From NCBI GenBank assembly GCA_965218095.1, contig OZ244587.1, positions 3,904,001 to 3,968,000 on the forward strand: a stretch of 64,000 nucleotides of DNA, written 5' to 3'. Below, in pieces: positions 32,374 to 41,621 of this stretch. Numbering within the stretch: position 1 is the stretch's first letter; each line of letters starts with the position of its first letter. This DNA comes from Candidatus Poribacteria bacterium (GTDB lineage Bacteria > Poribacteria > WGA-4E > PCPOR2b). The translations under genes and the position numbers were made by a program. The notes beneath the pieces are model-generated. The model was not told where the DNA came from. It saw only the letters and a program-made list of their open reading frames with translations, and did not search any database.

Positions 32374-35117
32374 AACGCTTTATTGAAGAAACCTTCCCCG
32401 TCAAAGAAGTCAGCGAAGAATCCGCTCGTGAAAAAAACATACGACACGGAAACATTTCTACCCTCCATATCTGGTGGGCGCGGCGACCACTTGCCTCATC
32501 ACGTGCGACCGCCTACGCCGCCCTGACCCCTACGCCGGAGAACACCGACGAGTGGAGCCGCAAACGGGATTTTATCATCAATCTCTCGAAGTGGGAAAAT
32601 TCCCTTAATCCCCACCTCATTGAACGGGCGCGGCAGGACATCCTCGAAGCAAACGACGGTGTGCCCCCAAAGGTTCTCGATCCCTTTGGGGGCGGCGGGG
32701 CGATTCCGCTGGAGGCGCTTCGGCTTGGATGTGAAACCTACTCCAACGACCTCAACCCTGTTGCTGTCCTGATGCAGAAGTGCACGCTCGAATACCCGCA
32801 GAAGTACGGTATGAGGAAGACGGGTAATGAATTACCCATCTACAAACCTGAAAATGAAGGAATACTCTTTGGTGAGGCAACGAAAAATCCCTCCGGTGAA
32901 GCACCGAGAGTCCGGAGCGACTTGCTCGAAGATGTCAAGAAATGGGGTGCGTGGACACTCGCGGAAGCGAAAGTAGAACTGGAGAGATTTTATCCCGAAG
33001 AGAAGGACGGTGCAATCCCGGTCGGCTATATTTGGGCGAGAACGATTCCGTGTCAGAATCCGTCCTGTGGTACGGAAATTCCGCTAATGCGTCGATTCTG
33101 GCTGGCAAACAAGGCGAAAAAGAAGGTTGCCCTTTATCCTGACGTTGAGAACGACGAGGTGAATTTTAAGATTGTCGGCGATGGCTACGAACCGATGCCG
33201 ATTGGTTTTGACCCGACTAGGGGCACCGTTTCACGCGCTGTGGCGGTGTGCCACGTCTGCAGTGGGCCGGTAGAAGCGAAGTTGACGCGACAGTTGTTTC
33301 AGGATGGGAGTGCGGGAGAGCGGATGGTTGCCGTTGTAACACACACACCGGGCACAACGGGAAAACGTTATCGCGTGGCGACGGATGCCGACCTTGCCCT
33401 CTTTTGGGAAGCCGAGGCGTACCTTGCGGAGAAGCGGGAGAAGTTGACGTTAGAATGGGGTATGGATGCGGTGCCGGATGAGCCTACACCAGAAGGAAAA
33501 GGAAGCGGGGCTGAAAGAGCATTTTCTGTTCAGAACTACGGAATGAACACATGGGGCGACCTCTTCAACGCAAGGCAGAAATTGGCGTTGATTACGTTTG
33601 TGGAGAAGGTGAAGGCGGCGTATCAAAAGATGGTGGCGGAAGGGGTTGATGGGGAGTATGCGAAGGCGGTGGTGAGTTATTTGGCACTATGTATAAGCCG
33701 TTGTTCAGATTTTGAGAGCACACTTGTTACGTGGTTGAACCATGTGGAAAATTCAGGCCATACGTTTACAAGACAAGCAATTCCAATGGTGTGGGATTTT
33801 TTTGAACTCAACTTATTCTCGCCTGTTTCTCAAGGAACTTTTTACAGCATGTCCCGACAAATCTTGCGGACAATAGAGATTTTGGGACAGACTAAATATC
33901 CATTCGCTGGATTAACCACCCAAGCCTCAGCAACCTCCCTCCCCTATCCTAGTAATTTCTTTAATGCGGTCTTCACCGATCCGCCATACTACGACAACGT
34001 GCCGTATTCGTATCTCTCCGATTTCTTCTACGTTTGGCTCAAGCGAATGTTGGCCGATGTCTATCCCGAACTCTTCTCCACACCGTTGACACCCAAGAGA
34101 AACGAGATTGTCGCCTATTCGCACGGCGTAGGCGGTTTTGAGGAGGGCAAACGGTTCTTTGAGGAGTCGCTCAAGCTGTCTTTCCAAGAAATCCACCGCG
34201 TATTGAAACCGAACAGTGTTGCCGTTATCGTCTACGCGCATAAATCCACAGAGGGATGGGAAACATTGATTAACTCCCTACTCGATTCTGGGCTGATTGT
34301 GACCGGCGCGTGGCCACTGGATACGGAGATGAAAGGGCGTCTTCGTGCTCGAGAATCCGCTGCCCTCGCGTCCTCTATCTACATCGTCGCCCGGAAGATG
34401 GAACGTCAACCCACCGGTTTCTACAACGAAGTCAAAGCGGAGATGACAACGCATCTCAACGCCAAACTTCACCGACTCTGGGAGGAAGGTCTGGGCGGGG
34501 CGGACTTCTTCATCGCCGCCATCGGCTCCGCCATTGAGATCTTTGGTAAATATGAGAAGGTTATGGATTTTGAAGGGGAGATCATCCGCGCTGATCGGCT
34601 GCTTGACGATGTGCGAGAGATTGCCACCGATTACGCGGTGCGGCAGATTCTGCACAATGGATTTGCCGGTGAAATTTCCGACCTCACTCGTTTCTATGTC
34701 CTCTGGCGGTGGGAGTACGGCGAAGCACGCGTCCATTTTGACGAAGCACGGAAGTTGGCGCAGTCCTGTGGTGTTGACCTCGCCCAGGAATGGGGCAGCA
34801 AGGGTTTCATCGTGAAAGAGAAGGCGTTTATCCGCCTCCTCGGACCACAGTCCCGGAAGATAGACGACCTCAAAGACGCAGGAGAGTTGATTGACGTGTT
34901 GCACCATGTCTTGCTCCTATGGGAAAAGAGCCAACGAGATGAAATGATTCGCGTCCTCGCACAAAGCGGCTACGGAGACAGCGAGGCGTTCTATCGCGTC
35001 GCGCAAGCCATCTCCGAAACGCTGCCCATCGAGAGCAGAGAGAAAAAGCTGTTAGATGGTTTCCTCGCCGGTCGTGAAAGGGTCAGAGACGAGATGAGAC
35101 AAGGACGATTCTTCTAG
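32370..35117 (+). CDS. DUF1156-domain adenine DNA methyltransferase
   Basis: LHIWWARRPLA, DPFGGGG, Zn-ribbon CQNPSC..CHVC, TDPPYYD. Confidence 0.92.
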   Translation: MKRFIEETFPVKEVSEESAREKNIRHGNISTLHIWWARRPLASSRATAYAALTPTPENTDEWSRKRDFIINLSKWENSLNPHLIERARQDILEANDGVPPKVLDPFGGGGAIPLEALRLGCETYSNDLNPVAVLMQKCTLEYPQKYGMRKTGNELPIYKPENEGILFGEATKNPSGEAPRVRSDLLEDVKKWGAWTLAEAKVELERFYPEEKDGAIPVGYIWARTIPCQNPSCGTEIPLMRRFWLANKAKKKVALYPDVENDEVNFKIVGDGYEPMPIGFDPTRGTVSRAVAVCHVCSGPVEAKLTRQLFQDGSAGERMVAVVTHTPGTTGKRYRVATDADLALFWEAEAYLAEKREKLTLEWGMDAVPDEPTPEGKGSGAERAFSVQNYGMNTWGDLFNARQKLALITFVEKVKAAYQKMVAEGVDGEYAKAVVSYLALCISRCSDFESTLVTWLNHVENSGHTFTRQAIPMVWDFFELNLFSPVSQGTFYSMSRQILRTIEILGQTKYPFAGLTTQASATSLPYPSNFFNAVFTDPPYYDNVPYSYLSDFFYVWLKRMLADVYPELFSTPLTPKRNEIVAYSHGVGGFEEGKRFFEESLKLSFQEIHRVLKPNSVAVIVYAHKSTEGWETLINSLLDSGLIVTGAWPLDTEMKGRLRARESAALASSIYIVARKMERQPTGFYNEVKAEMTTHLNAKLHRLWEEGLGGADFFIAAIGSAIEIFGKYEKVMDFEGEIIRADRLLDDVREIATDYAVRQILHNGFAGEISDLTRFYVLWRWEYGEARVHFDEARKLAQSCGVDLAQEWGSKGFIVKEKAFIRLLGPQSRKIDDLKDAGELIDVLHHVLLLWEKSQRDEMIRVLAQSGYGDSEAFYRVAQAISETLPIESREKKLLDGFLAGRERVRDEMRQGRFF

Positions 35118-35207
35118 GTTCGTAGTAGGTCTCGGACTCTCGGTCGTAGACCGGAGGCGATTTATCGCCCGTCCGTGTCAACAACGCGCAATCAATTGCG
35201 CTACTAC
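35117..35207. repeat. GTAG REP-like element after the MTase stop
   Basis: GGTTCGTAGTAG...GGCGATTTATCGCC...GCGCAATCAATTGCGCTACTAC. Confidence 0.65.
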
Positions 35208-35241
35208 AAATCCCAAGCACTTTATCTAAGGAGAAAAGCGA

Positions 35242-35415
35242 ATGATTCCATTCCACACAATTGCTGTGCCCCACCGCGACATCTTAGAAGGCAGACTCAC
35301 GCTAGACGTATTCGCGGCAGACCTGTGGGAAGTGTTCAAAGGTCGAGCACCGGACGAATACAAGGATACCAAGCAGTTTTTCGAGAAAACTTATAGAAGG
35401 GGATGGACAAAATGA
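35242..35415 (+). pseudogene. Truncated second copy of the DUF499 ATPase 5' end (57 aa)
   Basis: MIPFHTIAVPHRDILEGRLTLDVFAADLWEVFKGRAPDEYKDTKQFFEKTY; the stop overlaps the MNT ATG. Confidence 0.85.
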
Positions 35416-35723
35416 ATCCGGCAATTCTTACCAAACGCGAGATTAAACAGAGGCTTCTGAGCCACCGGAACACGCTGAAAGAATACGGTGTGAAACGGCT
35501 TGGACTTTTCGGCTCTTATGTCAAAAGCACCACCGTTCATAGAGGTAGTGATATAGACCTGCTTGTAGAATTTGAGGAACTGTCATTCGATCAGTACATG
35601 GGGCTGCGTATTTTTCTTGAGGATCTTTTTGAGAAAAAGATTGACCTCGTCATCGCCGATTCGGTCAGACCGCGCTTGAAGCCTCGTATCGAAAAGGAAG
35701 TGGAGTATGTCGCGGGACTATGA
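35412..35723 (+). CDS. Minimal nucleotidyltransferase (MNT) antitoxin
   Basis: GLFGSYV..SDIDLLVEF..KIDLV. Confidence 0.9.
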   Translation: MNPAILTKREIKQRLLSHRNTLKEYGVKRLGLFGSYVKSTTVHRGSDIDLLVEFEELSFDQYMGLRIFLEDLFEKKIDLVIADSVRPRLKPRIEKEVEYVAGL

Positions 35724-36051
35724 CATCTACCTCGAAGATATATTAGAAGCAATAGATCGGATTCAAGAGTACATGCAGGGAGTCAACCGCGCAGCGTTTG
35801 AAACCGATCGGATGCGGTTTGACGCAGTCATCCGAAACCTTGAAGTTATCGGTGAAGCCGTCAAACAGGTGCCTGATTCCGTTCGAGAAAAGCATCCAAG
35901 TGTTGAGTGGCGGAAGATTGCTGGGTTAAGAGACATCCTCATTCACAAATATTTCAACATCAACATTGAGATTGTCTGGGATGTGGTGCAATCGAATATT
36001 CCGATTTTGAAGATGGAGATTCAACAGATCACCAAGGAGAAAAGCGAATGA
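35707..36051 (+). CDS. DUF86/HEPN ribonuclease toxin
   Basis: RNLEVIGEA; RDILIHKY (Rx4H). Confidence 0.9.
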   Translation: MSRDYDIYLEDILEAIDRIQEYMQGVNRAAFETDRMRFDAVIRNLEVIGEAVKQVPDSVREKHPSVEWRKIAGLRDILIHKYFNINIEIVWDVVQSNIPILKMEIQQITKEKSE

Positions 36052-38591
36052 TTCCATTTCACACAATTGCTGTGCCCCACCGCGACATCTTAGAAGGCAG
36101 ACTCACGCTAAACGTATTCGCGGCAGACCTATGGGAAGTGTTCAGAGGCGCAGCGCCAGATGAATACAAAGACCCCACACAATTCTTCCAGAAAACATAT
36201 CAGACCGATGGACTCAAAAACCTGCTTTCGATTGTTGAAGGGAGGCTTAATGGTCGGGGCGGCGATCCGGTGATTCAGATCCAGACCCCCTTCGGCGGCG
36301 GTAAAACCCACGCGCTGATTGCGATGTATCACAAAGCCAGTGACTGGGACGTGCAAAAAGTGGTGCTAGTCGGGACACCGATGGGCGCGTCCGACACGTT
36401 ATGGGGCATGTTGGAAAAACAGTTGACGGGCAAGGTCGCACGTTTTGATGGGTTGACTTCACCCGGTCGGGACGCGCTCTACCAATTGCTGTCAGAAAAC
36501 CAGCCCGTGCTCATCCTGATGGACGAGGTACTGGAATATATGACCAAAGCCGCTGGCGTCCGGGTAGCGGACAGCACACTTGCATCACAGACACTTGCCT
36601 TTATGCAGGAGTTGACCGAAGCCGCTGCCATTTTGGAGCAGGTCGCATTGGTCATCACCCTTCCATCGGGGACTATGGAACACTATGACCAAGGGGCAGA
36701 ACGGCTATTTAAGCAACTTGGACAGATCGCGGGACGGGTGGAGAAGATTTATACGCCAGTACAAGAGCATGAGATCGCTCAGGTCATCAGGCGACGGCTC
36801 TTCTCACAGATCGATATGAATAGCGCGAGTGAAGCGATTCGGGATTTTATGGATTACGCCGACAGAGAATCCATTCTGCCGCCCGGAACGGAGCCCTCAG
36901 AATACCGAAAACGGTTTGAGGCCGCTTATCCGTTTCAACCCGAAGCGATTGATGTCCTTTATCAGCGGTGGGGCAGTTTCCCAAGTTTTCAACGGACGCG
37001 GGGTGTGTTGCGGCTCCTGTCATTTGTGATCTATTCCCTTAAAGAGGATGCAATTCCCTATATCAGTCTGGCAGATTTTGATCTGAGCGTTCAGGAAATT
37101 CGACAGGAGTTGTTAAAGCACATCGGAGGGGAATACGACAGCGTCATCGCCGCAGACATCACGGGTGAAGACGCCGGTGCGAAAAAGGTTGATGTCGGTC
37201 TGGGAGATGCTTACAAAGGATTGAAGTTGGGCAGCCGAGCTGCGACGGCCGTTTTTCTGTACTCATTTTCAGGTGGTACAGAGAAGGGCACGAATCTTGA
37301 AGAAATTAAGCGAAGCGCGACGACAACGGGGAATCCGTCGAGTATCCTCACGGAAGCGGTTGAGGGTTTGCGGGAAAAACTGTTTTACCTACGGCACGAT
37401 GGTGGAAGAGCTTATTTCACCAACCAGCCCAACCTCAACCGAATTCTGCTGATCCGAATGGAGAATATCAACGAGCGAGTAATTGACGAGTTTGAGGAAA
37501 CAGAACTGAAAAGGAACCTCTCTGGGGGACGGCTCAAGACTTTCGTCTGGCCCAAAGATAGATCGGACATTCCAGACAACACCGATCTGAAGTTGGTAAT
37601 CCTCAAGGAGCGCGACGACCCCCTGATGAAAGATACGCTGGAAACGAAGGGAAATACGCCTAGGGTGAACCGAAACACGCTTTTCTTTCTCGCACCGCTG
37701 GAACGCGAAGGGGCCGGGTTTTATAGTCAACTGCGAAAGATCATCGCCTACCGAGCCATTAGAGGCGACAAAACGCTGAATCTCTCTGTTGAACAACAGA
37801 AGGAGGTTCGGACCGAACTGAAAAAGGCGGAAGATGGGTTGGATGATGCGTTGTGTCGATATTACCGAACCGTGTTCGTTCTGGCAAGCGATGGTCTCAA
37901 AGAAAACGATTTGGGGCTTCCAACCTACGGTGTGCCGAAGATACTTGACGAAGCCGTATATGATAAACTGAAATCAGATGGAGTGGTTCTTGAACGTATT
38001 CATCCATTTGTGATTAAGGAGCGGTATCTTAAAACCAACGAATCTGTTTCCACTGAACAGCTCTATCAATCCAGTGCAAAGACACCGGGGGAATCGCGAG
38101 TCACCGGTCGCAGCGCATGGGAATCGGGAATTCGTGAAGGGGTGGAACAGGGGTTGTTCGGACTTGGGGAACTAGAAGACGGAAAACCGGTCTGCCGATA
38201 TTTCAAGGAGCGTCCATCCTCAATTGCCCTTTCTGCGAATGAAGTGATTATCCGAGAGGACATCTGTATCGCCCAGGAGGAAGCGGAAAAAGAAAAGGAA
38301 AAATCACCGGAGCCTCTCTATTCCCCCGGTGGCAGTACCAAAACGAAAATCGTAGAACCACCAGTCCCGGAGCCACCGTCGCCGCCAGATGGACGCGACA
38401 GCGTTCGTCTGAAGTTCACAATCCCGAAAGGAAAGGTGTCAGGACTCATGGGCGTGATGAACCTGCTGCAATCGAATTTCGATAGCCTTCAAATTGAGTT
38501 ACTGGCGACGGAGGGGCAGATGTCAGATCAGGATTACGAAGATAAAATCAAAGAGGCGTTTGTGCAATTGGGAATCGATCCGGAGGAATAA
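36048..38591 (+). CDS. DUF499 AAA+ ATPase
   Basis: FAADL, TPFGGGKTH, LMDEV, AYPFQP, FQRTRGVLRLL. Confidence 0.92.
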   Translation: MIPFHTIAVPHRDILEGRLTLNVFAADLWEVFRGAAPDEYKDPTQFFQKTYQTDGLKNLLSIVEGRLNGRGGDPVIQIQTPFGGGKTHALIAMYHKASDWDVQKVVLVGTPMGASDTLWGMLEKQLTGKVARFDGLTSPGRDALYQLLSENQPVLILMDEVLEYMTKAAGVRVADSTLASQTLAFMQELTEAAAILEQVALVITLPSGTMEHYDQGAERLFKQLGQIAGRVEKIYTPVQEHEIAQVIRRRLFSQIDMNSASEAIRDFMDYADRESILPPGTEPSEYRKRFEAAYPFQPEAIDVLYQRWGSFPSFQRTRGVLRLLSFVIYSLKEDAIPYISLADFDLSVQEIRQELLKHIGGEYDSVIAADITGEDAGAKKVDVGLGDAYKGLKLGSRAATAVFLYSFSGGTEKGTNLEEIKRSATTTGNPSSILTEAVEGLREKLFYLRHDGGRAYFTNQPNLNRILLIRMENINERVIDEFEETELKRNLSGGRLKTFVWPKDRSDIPDNTDLKLVILKERDDPLMKDTLETKGNTPRVNRNTLFFLAPLEREGAGFYSQLRKIIAYRAIRGDKTLNLSVEQQKEVRTELKKAEDGLDDALCRYYRTVFVLASDGLKENDLGLPTYGVPKILDEAVYDKLKSDGVVLERIHPFVIKERYLKTNESVSTEQLYQSSAKTPGESRVTGRSAWESGIREGVEQGLFGLGELEDGKPVCRYFKERPSSIALSANEVIIREDICIAQEEAEKEKEKSPEPLYSPGGSTKTKIVEPPVPEPPSPPDGRDSVRLKFTIPKGKVSGLMGVMNLLQSNFDSLQIELLATEGQMSDQDYEDKIKEAFVQLGIDPEE

Positions 38592-38669
38592 AACTTCAGG
38601 GGACTGTTTCCGAGAGCGTGCTCGGAAAATGGTTCTTCGCGCCACGAAAAAGACGAGAAGGAGAAAGTT

Positions 38670-39065
38670 ATGCCAACCGCTTTTGAAGCAATTGACAGGT
38701 GGATTGACGAGGCACACGCCAAACTGGAAAATGGTGGGCTTCAGACAAGGGATCTGGATCGACTTCATCAGATTATCAACACAAATCAGTTGCATACGCG
38801 ACAACGGCTGCTCTATCTCCATACGGCGACACCGGGCATCCGTTCTCAAGTCATCGGCATGGCGCTGCATGAACCGACGCCCGGCTCAGTGACGGAGATT
38901 ACGACGGAGGGTCACGAATGGTCTTATAATACCGTACACGATGCCATCTTGGACGGGTGGCAGGTCATTCATTTCCCGGATCAGCAGACTGACTTTGACG
39001 ACCGGGAAATTGACATCTTGGGCTACGAATTTATCCTACAAAAATTGGAGGTTTACAATGGCTGA
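38670..39065 (+). CDS. Hypothetical protein, coupled to the downstream PhyH gene
   Basis: AGGAG RBS; 8-nt overlap with the next gene. Confidence 0.7.
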   Translation: MPTAFEAIDRWIDEAHAKLENGGLQTRDLDRLHQIINTNQLHTRQRLLYLHTATPGIRSQVIGMALHEPTPGSVTEITTEGHEWSYNTVHDAILDGWQVIHFPDQQTDFDDREIDILGYEFILQKLEVYNG

Positions 39066-39813
39066 CAAGCCGTACCTCTTGACCGACGACGAAACCATCT
39101 CTTTTATCATTCGCGGTTACCACATCGTTGAGGCGGATTTCCCCGAAGGCTTCAACGAGTCGATTTACGAAGAACTTGAAGGCTTAGATATTTTGCAGGA
39201 CAATCCGGGCGATGCAATTCTTGACCGCGTCCCCAAGCTCTATCAGGTCTACGACCATCCCAAAATGCGTGGGGCGTTGGTGAGTCTGCTCGGCGAAGAT
39301 GTCCAGATGAACAGCCATCGGCATTGCCACGTCAACCCGCCCGGCACACGGAGCCAGTCATGGCATCAAGACGGAACAAACAAGCGGCGCCACCAGATTC
39401 AAACCGTCCTGGCAATGTATTATCCGCAGGATGTGACTGCGGAATTAGGACCCACTGTAATCATGCCCGGGACGCACTTCCGCAACGCTCCGACCGACCG
39501 CATGGCGACCTACGCCAACTTCCGCGAGCAGGTTGTGCTTGCGGTCAAGGCGGGGACGGTGGCGATTACGCACTACGACATCTGGCACGCCGCCACCGCG
39601 AATTGTGGCGATCAGACACGGTACATGCTGAAGTTCCTCTTCAGTCGTGGGATCGAGCCAAAGGCGCCGAGTTGGAACTACCATCCGGAGAAAGCTGCCG
39701 CCTCGATACGTCGCTTTACCTTCGAGCGGGCATGCGCCTGTTCCCAATCCGATCATTACAAGGAACGCGGGTTGCGTATGGAGATGTGGAATCACTTAAT
39801 CGGCAAGACGTAA
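39058..39813 (+). CDS. PhyH-family dioxygenase
   Basis: WHQDG, GPT.IMPGTH, IWHAA..R. Confidence 0.88.
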   Translation: MADKPYLLTDDETISFIIRGYHIVEADFPEGFNESIYEELEGLDILQDNPGDAILDRVPKLYQVYDHPKMRGALVSLLGEDVQMNSHRHCHVNPPGTRSQSWHQDGTNKRRHQIQTVLAMYYPQDVTAELGPTVIMPGTHFRNAPTDRMATYANFREQVVLAVKAGTVAITHYDIWHAATANCGDQTRYMLKFLFSRGIEPKAPSWNYHPEKAAASIRRFTFERACACSQSDHYKERGLRMEMWNHLIGKT

Positions 39814-39993
39814 TGATAGCATTTCGGATTACGCTGTTAACCGTGGAGGACTTTACGGGAAGGGTTTATAGTATCTTGCCGATATCAGGCTCTGTTGACG
39901 AACTCGGGGAAATGTGCCCCCAATCTCCGATTGGGGATGCAAGTTGAGCGAAGCGAAATCCTGATCTATCGGAGCAACGGAAAGGATGATTAT

Positions 39994-41571
39994 ATGGGTA
40001 CGAAGATGAATTTTACTTCAAAAGTTCCGCAACGGACCTATGCGGCCACACTGGATGAGCAACTGGAACAACTGAAAACGGATGCGCTGATGCTACGATT
40101 CGCTGAGTCGCGCAAAAGGCTGTCATCCGATCCCTGCCGTCCTGTCTACCATTACGTCAATCCCGAGGGGAATCTGAATGACCCAAACGGACTGTGCTAC
40201 TGGCAGGGGCAGTGGCACCTGTTTTACCAGGCGTATCCGCCGGAAGACCCGCGCCAGCACTGGGGCCACGCCGTCAGCAATGACCTGGTGCACTGGGAGG
40301 ACCTTCCGCTGGCCATTTATCCCGGCATCGAGAGGTGTTGTTATAGCGGTAGCACGCTCGTCGAGGCAGACCGCGTCATCGCCATGTACCACGGCACGCT
40401 CGCAGGCAACATGGTCGCCGTATCCGGCGACCCGCTGCTCCTCAACTGGGAGAAAATTTCTGGCAACCCGGTTATCCCCATGATGCAGCCCGACGAAATG
40501 GGATGGCCCTACCGCGTGTACGACCCCTGCATCTGGAAGGGAGAGAACGGGTACTATGCGCTGTCCGGCAGCTACTGGGAGGGGGAAATCTTTGACGACT
40601 GCCGAATGGTACAGCATCTATTTTTCTCACAAAATCTGGAACGCTGGGCCTACCTCGGGTCGTTTGTCGAGGGCGATATTTTCACCGCGCCGGGTGAGGA
40701 CGGCGCGGTCCCGTACTTCTGGCCGATCGGCGATAAACACATCCTCTTGTTCGCCAGTCACCAACGCGGCTCACAGTATCTGCTCGGCGATTACGACAAG
40801 GTGCATCACAGATTCAAACCCTTCGCGCACGGCCGCTTCAATTTTGGCCCCATCGAGCCCGGCGGCGTCCACGCCCCGTCGGCTACGCCCGATGGCAAAG
40901 GAGGCGTGTACGTCATCTACAATATCAACAGCGGCAAACCAACTCAGGGCTGGAACCACATCATGTCCCTCGTGCGTCTGCTGACTTTGCGCGAGGATAA
41001 CACGCTGGGCATCGAACCCGCCCCGGCGGTGGAATCGCTCCGATTTGACTACAAACACGTCGGGGAAACGTCCCTGCCTGCAAACCGGGAGCTTGTGCTC
41101 AAGGGCATTGAAGGGAACGCGATGGAACTCGCCGCCGAAATCGAGCCCCAAGACGCGCGCGAGATCTGCATCAATGTTCTGCGTTCGCCAGACAGCGAGG
41201 AGTATACCGCCATCAAATTCTACCGGCAGGGCCATATGCGGGTGAGTAAAGCTGGATGGGAAGGGAGGCACAAGCGAGACGCGCTGGTAATCGACTCGTC
41301 TCGCTCATCGCTGCTGCCAGACGTGCTGGCGCGTCCGCCGGAGGTGGCGCCGTTCGAGCTCGATGATGGCGAATCCCTCAAGCTACGGCTCTTCATAGAC
41401 AAGAGTGTGGTCGAAGTCTTCGCCAACGGTAGGCAATGCGTTGCCCTGCGGGTATACCCCGCACGGGTGGACAGCGTGGGCGTATCCATCCGCGCCCAGG
41501 GTAGCGATGCGGCCTTGCGCTCTCTGGAAGCGTGGCAGATGAAGCCCATCTGGCCGCATGAGAAAGATTGA
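39994..41571 (+). CDS. Glycoside hydrolase family 32-like protein
   Basis: NDPNG, HLFYQ, HWGHA.S.DL.HW, C-terminal IDKSVVEVFAN. Confidence 0.88.
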   Translation: MGTKMNFTSKVPQRTYAATLDEQLEQLKTDALMLRFAESRKRLSSDPCRPVYHYVNPEGNLNDPNGLCYWQGQWHLFYQAYPPEDPRQHWGHAVSNDLVHWEDLPLAIYPGIERCCYSGSTLVEADRVIAMYHGTLAGNMVAVSGDPLLLNWEKISGNPVIPMMQPDEMGWPYRVYDPCIWKGENGYYALSGSYWEGEIFDDCRMVQHLFFSQNLERWAYLGSFVEGDIFTAPGEDGAVPYFWPIGDKHILLFASHQRGSQYLLGDYDKVHHRFKPFAHGRFNFGPIEPGGVHAPSATPDGKGGVYVIYNINSGKPTQGWNHIMSLVRLLTLREDNTLGIEPAPAVESLRFDYKHVGETSLPANRELVLKGIEGNAMELAAEIEPQDAREICINVLRSPDSEEYTAIKFYRQGHMRVSKAGWEGRHKRDALVIDSSRSSLLPDVLARPPEVAPFELDDGESLKLRLFIDKSVVEVFANGRQCVALRVYPARVDSVGVSIRAQGSDAALRSLEAWQMKPIWPHEKD

Positions 41572-41621
41572 ACATAAAATACAATCACACCTTACGTTTG
41601 AATCAAGTAAGGAGAACCAAT

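Noticed and set aside
26871-38591. Defence operon as an integrative element or prophage
   Set aside because: No integrase, tRNA or flanking att repeats were seen.
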